The notes below the pieces were generated by a model. The model did no database searches. It saw only the letters and a list, made by a program, of their open reading frames with translations, and had not been told where the DNA came from. A program made the translations under genes and the position numbers. Source: Moniliella sp. 'wahieum' (Eukaryota). Taken from it: a DNA stretch of 64,000 nucleotides. The stretch spans positions 248,001-312,000 of the forward strand of contig RSEE01000055.1 of NCBI GenBank assembly GCA_003971905.1, in the 5' to 3' direction. Positions 39,590 through 49,336 of this stretch are shown here, in pieces; the stretch's first letter is position 1; the number at the start of each line of letters is the position of its first letter.

Positions 39590-41278
39590 CCAAAGAACAC
39601 TCCCCATTGCACTGGCCAAGCGACGGTCATCTTGGCAATCAGGAAGAAGGCCACTGTTCAATGGAAGGGTTAGATCAGTGGGAACAATACAGGAGGAGAG
39701 GGGAGATGAAACATACCTTGACCGCAACATAAGGAGAATCGTGGGTTGGCCTTTGAAGAGCGCCCATGTTCTGCGACGAACATGTATGCGCCCCAGTACC
39801 GACACAATGCCCATGTCCCCACCGTGAACCGAGACTGAATGTGGGCCGGCTCGCATCGACTGGTTCCGGTCACCATTCTTCTGGTGGTCGCCAGCACTGA
39901 CGCGGCTCGCAATGGCTTGCCCCACCTCCGCCAATCATCCGTGTGCCCTGGCACTTCGATGAGCGCCAATGCCGCCAATCCCACGGTGGCCAAACCGGCT
40001 CAGACCGACGGATCGTGCGCCGTCGCGGCTCACTTGTGGAGATACATTTTCTCCTCCGTTCTGCTTGGCCTTTGTTGTGAACGCCATAGGACCAATTGCA
40101 GGGTAGGGCGTGCCTTTAAGGCCAAAGAATATGCTCCCCAATAGCCCGGGCCAAGCGACGGACATACTTGGCAATCAAGAATAAGGGAAGGCCACTGTTC
40201 AATGGAAGGGTTAGATCAGTGGACAGGAGGAGAGGAGAGATGGAAACATACCTTGACCGCAACATAAGAGAAGCGGGGGTTGGCGTTTGATGAGCGCACA
40301 CGTTCTTTGACGAACATGTATGCGCCCCAGTAACCGACACAATGTCCATGCCCCCACCGTCAACCGAGACTGAATGGGCCTGCTCGCACAGACTGGGTCC
40401 GGTCACTCCTCTTCGGCGGTCGCCAGCATTGAAACGGCTCGCATTGGCACCTTGCCTCGTCCCCAACAGATCGTCCCACGAAGTGGTTCGTGCCACCTCA
40501 CCCCTCTGCCATCCCCAAATGCGATCGACACCGGCTCGGTCGGGTCCTGTCGTGGCGTCTCGTAATACCAAACGGGTTCCCATCCCAAGAAACGCCGGGC
40601 GGGCCTCCCGCCGGGCACCCAACGCTGATGACCAGAGGCCGGGCATTCTCTTTTCAGACTCCCTGCGGGACAATGCCTCCCTTGATGATTGACGGCTTTG
40701 GCCAATGTCCCTTCAGTTCTTCTCAGGCCTGCAGTTCCGATGTTTCTCCCTGTTTCCTTGTTCCGCACTTAGCCCCTGGTGGCGACTCGCTGCTTGATGT
40801 TCCTCTGTAGGCCTTGCTGCTTGGCTTAGACCACCACACCACCAATGCGATGGCATCACCCTCGGGTACCATCTCGACTCTGGTATCGTCAGTGGACTTC
40901 GGCCTTGTGGTAGTTTGAAAGGGGGCTTGGTGATTCGCCGGCAACTGGGATGGGGCCTTCATCCGTCGTTGCCGTTTGACCCAGGAGAATCGGCGAGGCA
41001 AGCGGCCATGCAGGGTCCGGCCAAGAAAGCGGCGCGTGGCTTCTCATCCGCATCGGTCGCACATTCCATCACCAAGTCGTTCCGCGAGCGGTGATGGTGG
41101 TGGCAATGGCGCGAGTGTTGGGCATGGCAGCAGAAGCGAGCCAGTCTCTCCGGCCGCGCTCTTTTGTCGGCGGCCACTTGCATATTGCAGCTGCGGGCCC
41201 CCATTACACATTTCAACCTGGGGGATGCGTCGCATGCCACATGTCCACAGCCCCTGTCACCTTGACAATGTCACAGCT
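39590..41278 (-). mobile_element. Degenerate Helitron-like fragment, right diverged copy with an internal ~535-bp duplication
   Basis: Two motif copies (markers at 39713 and 40248). Across indels the minus strand reads CRYWGAYMFVAEHGRSSKANPRFSLCCGQGMFHLPSPP and GGMDIV.GYWGAYMFVKERVRSSNANPRFS.CCGQG. Contains dispersed repeat copy 3 (40695-40870). Confidence 0.62.
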
Positions 41279-41488
41279 CATACTAACACGCCAGCGAAGA
41301 AACATGACGGTGGCGGAATGAGCATGTGGGCAAGATCGAGGAAGGGAGAGGAAAAGGGATACTGATTGTTACCTTGAAAGTGGGAACGATGGTTCTTTTA
41401 TGCGATGCGCATCAAATGGGATTCCCGGCGAGAGGGCGCAAGTAATTATACCAGTAGACTATAGTGTACTAAGAGATCATGATACAGG

Positions 41489-41590
41489 AAACCCCGCATG
41501 ACCCCCACCAAGCTGGGACAAACCCCCGCATGGACCCCAACCCAAGCTGGGACAAACCCCCGCATGACCCCCCAAGCTGGGACAAACCCC
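41489..41590. repeat. ~33-bp minisatellite (AAACCCCCGCATGACCCCCCAAGCTGGGAC-like), about 3 copies
   Basis: Read directly; units differ mainly in C-run length. Confidence 0.9.
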
Positions 41591-41821
41591 GGCAAGAGAT
41601 TTAGTCATATTGAATGAAGAGCTCATCGGTTTTTGGAGGGGGGCAAGCATTCATAGTCTATCACAACGCCTACGCATCGAATTTCTAAATGGCCCATCAA
41701 CATCATTGATGGGCGCAGACTAATAGAAGTGAAAAAAAGTTGTTTCGCCGTAGCATGGGTTAAACCGCATGGCAAACGAAGAATTGGGGAAGAGTACAAT
41801 GTCTTGAGCCGAGACATTGTC

Positions 41822-42390
41822 TTAGCAGAAGGTATCTGGATACCAGCTCTGCAGCGCTGCACTGGACAGGGGTGCCGCGGAGGTGGCAGAGCCAAGGAAA
41901 GCACCAGGGCAAGCAGAAGCGCTATCGCCAGTGCAGGGGCCGGGGGCAGCCGCGGTGCAAGAGCCGGTAAAGGCAAAGTCCATGTTGTATTTGAACTGGT
42001 GGTTGCCCAGGCCCGGTCCGTCCAGAAGAGTGTAGTCCGCAGCGTTCTGAGTGTTGGCGGGGTCGCTGGGGTCGGTCAGGGTGAACTCCACCGCACCGCA
42101 GTTAACGGCGCTAGACTCGCACCCGTATGAGCCGCCTTGGATCCAAGCGATACCGCCGAGCACTTGACCGTTGATGGTAGTCGACCCTGCGGGTTGCTGT
42201 TCCCCTGGTACAGGAACACAGCTTCGCCTTGGCCGCAGTTGTTGATCAGCTATTATAGGTAGCGTATAAGTCAGAAAGTGTGATGGAGGGTGCGGCGAGG
42301 GCGGGGGGGGGGACGTACCTGCACTGAGTGCGACTCAGCACGGGCCAAGCCAACGGCCATAAGGGCAGCAAGAGTGATAGCAAAGCGCAT
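41822..42390 (-). CDS. Small secreted cysteine-rich protein of the basidiomycete 'glycopeptide'-annotated family, 2 exons
   Basis: Signal peptide MRFAITLAALMAVGLARA, then ESHSVQ|LINNCGQG..GGIAWIQ..CESSAVNCGAVEFTL..ACPGAF..TFC*. Intron 42250-42318 and at least one frameshift (near 42183). The family call is from recalled similarity (ESHTV.F.NNCG.G..ITFC). Confidence 0.8.
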
Positions 42391-42493
42391 GTGATGGTGA
42401 TGGTGGAGGCTTGTAGTGGGGAAAGTAAAAGGTTTATGGAGGTGTCAGGATGGGGTGGGGTGTAGGATGTGGAACGATGGCATATTACTGGGC

Positions 42494-42500
42494 TTATATA
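42494..42500 (-). promoter_or_regulatory. TATA box of the secreted Cys-rich protein gene
   Basis: TATATAA on the minus strand about 105 bp upstream of ATG 42390. Confidence 0.55.
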
Positions 42501-44581
42501 CTCGACGTTCTTATGGGAACAATAGTGACTTCAGTCGTCTTGTTTTTTTTCCCCAATAAACGCGAGAGGTAGCGGCAGGAACCAGAACGAAGGAGGCTCT
42601 TCAGCGGGAGAAATGGCTGCGGGGGACCTTTTTGATGTTGCCGGACTCCCACCGTCAAGCGCAGCTGACACGGTTCTGTGACCTTGAGGGGGACCCGGGT
42701 TGGGAAGAGAGCTGATGCCAGTTACCTAGAGGGTTACTTTCTCCTCTACGTCATTTCACACGTGTGCTAAGAACTCGCCAAAAGAGGAGTGTTGTTGTAA
42801 GTCTCGCGCGCCGCGCGAACAGCAAGCGGCTAAACCGAAATGAGTATAACATGGCCCGTGCAACTCCAGGGACAATGAGGTGTAAATCGGATTTCCACCA
42901 AAAATTAAAGGGTGAAGCATGGCCACCATGCAATACTGGTCATCGATGAGAAAACGAGATTGCTACAATCAATGAAGGGGTGGGGTTTTGCTCGTCTACC
43001 ACGGGATCCCGAGGGGCCTAAGATATGAGACCTAAAGCGTAATGGCCCTCGACTACTTAGATGGTTGCCCTGGAGGGTGGAAAGAGAAACAAGTATACGT
43101 AGTGGGGAATCACAATATGGAATCTGATGGGGTAGCTGTGCTGCGGACAAGTGTTGCGCTGGGCGAGACAATAATGTGGCTTCTCTTGTTGGCAGAGGAC
43201 CCACGTTCGCTTCCTGTTGGGGGTAAGGCCGGTAATGCATAATGATCAATTATATCTATGAGAGAGGACCGTGCAGGCCAGAGTTTCTGAAGCGAGGTGG
43301 GGATATTCAATCTGCTCCCCGCTCGATCGCCAGAGCAGAAGGTGGTTTGGCTGAACCCCCCAACCCCCACACTTTGCATTATCTGCGCATATTCGCCTCC
43401 ACACTTGCTGGCGCGTTTTGTCCCACCCAATCGCCCCCTTACAGTTTTACAGTTTGGCCGCAGTCATCTTTACATACATACTGGCATTGGTCCGCCTCGC
43501 CCAAAACTAAAGCGTCGCCACGAAAACCCCTTCGCGCGCGCAAACTTAGTGGCTATTACGCCGTGTATGTTCTTGCCGCGGATTCTTGAAGCTTGAGCAT
43601 ATTATTTACTTTCTCCCTTCCCCGCAGCAATAGAATGGAAGGGTTGTCGAAAGCCGTAGAAGAGCCTTGTTTTGCTTCTAATAGAATACCTTCGAGAGAG
43701 GTCTTTGGAATGTCAATAACACGTTGACGAGCCCCTGTCGGTGCGAATGAGTGGATCGACTTGGGGAGAGTTACGTGCAGGATGACCGGCGACAAAAGGA
43801 GGGCAAGGCCGCAGTGCAGCTAATGAAGCTTTTGACGCTACTAGTGACTATAATAGCGACGTGCATGTGTCACAATGTGGCATGCGACATCCCTGCTGTG
43901 ATAGACTATCTCCTTGTTCGCGCTGGCGAGTTAAGCTTTTATTGCACGGGCTTGTCCTGTGAAAGACGGCAATATGTAGCCCCAGTATGGCCGACAGGGT
44001 GCGTACGGCACACATATAACCTGGTTCAACTGTCCGCACCGCCCACCCTGCTCGCACACTATGTGCAGCCCATCCGAACAAATCTCAGGCCGGAGATTCC
44101 CACAGCAGCTCTCGGCACCGCGGCACCCCGCATCCCCTCCTCGATCCTACCAAAAAGCTTTACGCTTGCGGCGAATTGCACCGGCGTGCGTTGGGCGACC
44201 ATGTATCTACGTAGCAGCTGCAGCGTACCAAGCCTTGCCGATCCGGCACTAAGCTTTAATCTTTTTATGTGTTAAGCTTTATATGTGTTTAACGTTTAAT
44301 TAAGTTGCAACGTTCAACACGTTCAACGCATACTAAAAAGGCAGCACATCTCATTAGCCCGCACAGTTGCTCAAGGTGCTCAATGTTGGGAAAGAAAGAA
44401 AGCGGTTAAAACAAGGAGCGGAGTGTTTCGTTCCAGAGGGGAGGCGCACCACGCGCTCACACGTTAGATCGCATACACACAACGTAGCTCGCACACTCTT
44501 AATCACGGCGTCGACCAGGGGTAATCGACAATCGTTGATCAGGAGAAACGATATACACGGTGTGCAGCGCGCGAGAGAGAG

Positions 44582-45660
44582 TTAGACGTTGGTGCCCGTG
44601 CTCTCCCACGCCTGGTACAGCGCCGAGGGCGATCCATCGTCATTGGCCAGCGCATCAAACGAGCCCACACCGCCACGGACACTGTCCGACGCGCTCGGCT
44701 CCCAAAACCCAAACGGAGCAATACCATTGACCCAGGTAGTAGCGGCAGCCCAGTTGCCCACCGCGGTGAGAAGGCTTGAGCATCACTCTCTCCACCACAT
44801 TGGGTTCCGCCAAAGGTCCAGCAAGCCACCTCGGTGATGTACACTGGCTTTCCAACTGCCTCAGGACCGTCAGCTCAGGAACCTCTGTGGTATGCAGGTA
44901 GATGGAGGAGAGGGACGGGGAGGTGATAACATACATGCTGGTTCCATGAGGTAGCACTGCTAATTACAGCATTCGAGTCAGACTGGTAGTAGTGCAGGTT
45001 ACCAAAGTCAATCTGCGACTCCACATCCGGGCAAGCTGATTTGAATTGCTGGTACCACGACGAGCTGGGGTTCGCCAAGGCGGGGCCAATCACTTTCCAT
45101 CCATTCTGCTTGAGTGGTGCAAAGTAGGTCCCCCACGAACCACACGCGTCCGAGGGACTGACATATATGGTGTTGTCCGGCTCATTGAACATCATCACCG
45201 TCTTGGCGCTATTAGCAGACACAAAAAGAAAATGGGGAGAGTGTAAGTGCCACATCCGGACTGTTGATGGGTAGAAACATACGGAAAGTTGTTCTGATTG
45301 TTAATACATCGTTGGTGAACCACTGACCCCACTGGCCCGAGAGCGTGTGCAGCATCGGAACAAAGGGCATTCCATTGCTCGGCGACGGCTGGCCACTGGA
45401 CTCCCAATTGTAAAACCAACCTGTTGCTCTTCCGTCAGTATCATGTCCTGCCAACGCACCGTATACACGAGAGGGGAGGCAGGAAACACACCATTGTGGC
45501 CAAGGAAATTGTTGATATCCAGCGGGTTATTGTTCTTGGGCCAGGCCACGCCCCATTTGGCCTTTTGGTTGGGAAATCCCGAGGATGGACAACCGAACTA
45601 GGGGCAGCGGTAACGAGGGTAAGCAGCCCGTGGCGATGACAAGGTGGATGGATGGATCAT
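44582..45660 (-). CDS. Glycoside hydrolase family 128 (beta-1,3-glucanase, Asl1/Glyco_hydro_cc-like); probably secreted, multi-exon, frameshifted
   Basis: KWGVAWP, GWFYNWE, MPFVPML, catalytic-type MMFNEPD, WKVIGPA, DFGNLHYY, GKPVYITEVAC, WVNGIAPFG; ends YQAWESTGTNV*. TATA-like box at 45757-45763. Confidence 0.85.
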
Positions 45661-46818
45661 GGCGGGATCTCGGGTCAAGGTCTGGACGGGTAGAGTGTGG
45701 GAGGTGGTATGAGAGAGAAAGGATCCACGTGTGCTAAGTGGATCAACAAGGGATCCTATATATGGCAAATGATTGGATCTAAGTTTTTGGCAATCGAATG
45801 CTACACGCAGCAGACATCTTGCGCATATACAAAACAACAACGGGATGGGGGCGATGTTATGGGAAAGAGGGCGTAAGCCCAACGCATGAGGTGTGAGTTG
45901 GGAGCTCCCGCAAGTCAACACACATCGGGGGCCTATTTCACCTGTGGGTACACATGCACACGGAGAAAGAGACTAGGAACGAAACTGCCAGACTACCTTG
46001 GAGGGAATCCATTATCCTGAAGGTGTGTGGGGCATGGTTTTCGTCCAGCCCCCGCGGCCCATGTGCATGTTGAGTACCCCTACAACAAAGTCCGAATGAA
46101 ACGGATGTGAACGTGAAAGCTTGAAGTGGTTTTTGTATCTTCGAACACGGGACTCCGATGTCCGTTGAAGAGGAGAGAGAAGTGAAGAAGTTTTTTTCTG
46201 GAAAACACCTCGTGCCACCAGGAACGCGGGCGAAGAAGAGAGAGCCGTGTCGGCAAGCCTCCGTGGTGGCCACGTTCGTGCACGTTCATGCTATAGGAGG
46301 GATATGGATGGGGCGGCTATGTGAACCGGAGGAGGGTGGACGAAGCCAAGAAGGCGAAACACAAAGCATACCTCCCTGCAGCATAGACATAAGGTAAAGC
46401 GCCGGTACCTTTTTTGGCGAGAGAGCTGTACCGTGTCCCCGCAGCAAAAAGCATCCTTCTCCTGTTTCCATTGTCAATAGGCCCGCCCCCTACCACCACC
46501 ACCGCGGTGATGACACAGTGCTCTTGTCTTTGCAGAGGCGAAGAAGCTCTTTAAGCTTGCCTAAAGGGAGCCTGAAGGGTGGTGTGAGACGCGCGCCCAA
46601 CTGAATGGAGATGAAGTTATACTATGTTGGATGGAGATAGAATATTCAAGTGCGTGGCCAGTGCTAATCTCTCTACGTAGAGAATCAGGTTGTTCGCTCG
46701 AACGCGGCGAGAGGAGGCATCTACATTAATTGCCCGTCCAATCCTGCGCACTCCTGTTGTTCCGTCGGAGGGTGCGAGTATGGCAGGCGTGTGCAGGGTA
46801 CCGAGTAGGTGCTATGAG

Positions 46819-46934
46819 CTAGTGACTAGTGACTAGTGAGCGCAGTAGTGGAGTCACTGCTGATGTGCTGATGCTCTAACGCGCTAACGCCTGATGTTTG
46901 GGGCTTGAAGCTTGAAGCTTGAAGCTTGAAGCTT
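46819..46934. repeat. (CTAGTGA)3 and (GCTTGAA)4 palindrome-plus-one heptamer repeats
   Basis: ctagtgactagtgactagtg at 46819-46838; gcttgaa x4 plus gctt at 46903-46934. Confidence 0.92.
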
Positions 46935-47431
46935 ATACAGCTTGACACTAGTCACACACACACACTGCAGTGTGCTGACCCTGCTGTCCACACAGAGTGC
47001 TACTGTGGGGCGAGGGAGGCCCGTGCGCCGCAGTTGTCTTTGGCCGGAAGCTATGATGTCGGAGATCTGATCAGTACTCACATATCACCCGTGACGCGTG
47101 ATATGTGACATGCCATAGGAAGTTCGTTGAGAAACCACCAGGGAGTCCGCCGATTGAATCGGGGAACCACGCAAGCCCGTCGATGATTGAATCCGGAAAC
47201 CGCGCAATTTTCGGGTCGATATGACCGGTATGAGATGCCCCTCCCTCGGCCTCGTTTTGGGTCGTGAGAGAGTCCACATTTTGGGTGGATTTAAGGATCT
47301 ATATGGTGAAGAAAGAGTTCCTATACTCTCTTCCGGTGGTATATATACCGTGCCTTGGTTTACTCCCAAACCATAGCCCACCCACCACACCCACAGCCTC
47401 TTGATCCGTCAACTGTGTACTCTGTTGCAAG

Positions 47432-48063
47432 ATGTTCAGTCACGCTGCTCTCTCTTCTTGTCGCTCTCGCTTGCATTTCCACTGCGTCTGCATACACCCT
47501 CAACTTCAAAAATAACTGTCCTGGCAGTACGTTTCTCTCCCTCTTCCGAAGCCCGTAACCTTTCTTCCAAGCACGGTCATGTTGCTAACAGGGCGGTTCT
47601 TGCGTGTACCACACAGCCGTAGGCCCGCAGTGGGTGCCGCGCCGAATGGCCAGCCGCAAGCCTCCCCGCCTGGGCACTACCTTGGCCCCCGGTGCGTCGG
47701 GTGGGGTGAGTGTGGACGATTCCGTGGCGGGGGTGCGGGGTGGGGGCGGTGGGGTGCGATGGTTCAGGGGCCAACTGTGCGATTGGCGCTTGCAATGGTG
47801 GGTTGACCTGCACCGACGCTGGGATTACCGCCAACACGATCTTTGCTGAATTTGGGCCTGGGAGTGGTGGTGGAGGGTGTACTGGGACCTTTCTTATGCC
47901 CAGTCGGTCCGCAACTTTCCCATTTCTATTGTCTCTCCGGATGGACAGAAGGAAACGTGCGACCACGCCAGCTGCGATCCGAGCCAATGCTTCAATACTC
48001 CGAATGATTTTGCTGCCGTTCGTAACAGCGCCGGGGGTACCTACACCATCACTCTTGCCCTGA
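47432..48063 (+). CDS. Small secreted thaumatin/osmotin-like protein (frameshifted, 1 intron)
   Basis: Signal peptide ..TLLSLLVALACISTASA, YTLNFKNNCPG|intron|..PAVGAAPNGQP, GCDGSGANCAIGACNGGLTCTDAG, IFAEF, YWDLS, NFPISI, ending YTIT.CP*. TATATATA at 47340-47347. Confidence 0.82.
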
Positions 48064-48789
48064 TGGTGCCACGCCTGGCACGTGGTAAGACGCCCGCGGC
48101 TTTTTGATCCTTGGTTTTCGTTTACTGTAAAATGTGACGGGCCAACAAAAGAGTAGAGTTCCACATGTACATGCATTCTGTCTCGATAGAAGAAGTTGTG
48201 AAGAGATGTCAGCGTGTTGGGTATAGAGGTAATGGCATTGACGAAAGTCATCATGGACGGGTCTATGGAAGCACGCATCAGGGATTTGGTGGGGGTAGCT
48301 CGGTATAGCACAGTCGAGGACATCATTCCTCATTTTGAGGCCTCTGGCCTGACGGGGGTGCAGAGTTGCATATCCGGAAGGGTGCGTCGAGGTGGACGCC
48401 AGCGGCCGGCCGTAAGTGTACCAAGGGCTCTCAACAGAGACTGCTCACAGCTGGAGAAAATATATACAATCATCGATCATGTCATTACCACACACTATAA
48501 AGCTGGCTGGCGCTGACGGCGCAAAAGGGTGTGGCCCACACCCATATAACCGTCCTCGTATCATGCATCCCAGCTGCAGACGCTGGATGCAGCTCGGCGC
48601 AGCAAGAGAGACCGAGCCACCAATGCTACGCTCCCTGCGGTATCCGAGACGGATGTGGTGCAGACGGAAAAGACCCTAATCTAATGTCGTCACCGAGAGC
48701 AAGCCTCCCCTTCGCTGTTATGCCCCCTATACGCCGCGCCATGATCGTCTCTGATCGACAGTCGCGACTTCGACCCAATCCATATTCCG

Positions 48790-48970
48790 ACTAAGTGACC
48801 CCAGGCGTGGAGGGCCTTAACGAAGGCAAAGAGGTCCTTCTCTGACACCGTCCAGCGCAACCCTTCGTCGTACAAAAAGTCACCCTGTGTGCCACTTCCT
48901 GTCCTCATCCGGCTGCGCCAGAACAGCGCCGATGTTCACATCCGAGCTGTCCGTCTCAATATGGAGAGAC
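48790..48970 (-). mobile_element. Ty3/Gypsy retrotransposon relic, RNase H-like domain fragment
   Basis: LHIETDSSDVNIGAVLAQPDEDRKWH and, in the next frame, WTVSEKDLFAFVKALHAWGHL match the Gypsy RNase H pattern (TDAS..GAVLxQ..EKEL.A.V.AL..W). Confidence 0.75.
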
Positions 48971-49336
48971 CTAGGTGGATAAGAAACTCTGCGAAAGAGC
49001 CATGATGCATTAAGGAAGAATGGCAATTGGATGACACTTGAAGCGGGTGAGGTTCCCCAACAGGCGTTGGAGTGGGCGGGCGAGGCGAGGGAAGGACGGG
49101 ACGGATCCAGTAGAAAAAAAACCTTTGAGGTGTCATGCATCCATCATGCATCTCCGGTCTCCTGGTTGGCATCTCTTGCCTTTCCGCCGCGGGGCGGAAA
49201 CAGTGGCGCGTTCACCGCCTTGGCTCCTGTGCTGCGCCCCGTCATCGCTCTGATAAATATGCTGCGCTTCCATCGCATGCCGTGTCCCAGATTGCTCCCT
49301 GCAGTCGCCGCCACCGTTGCACCCTTGTTGCGCACG

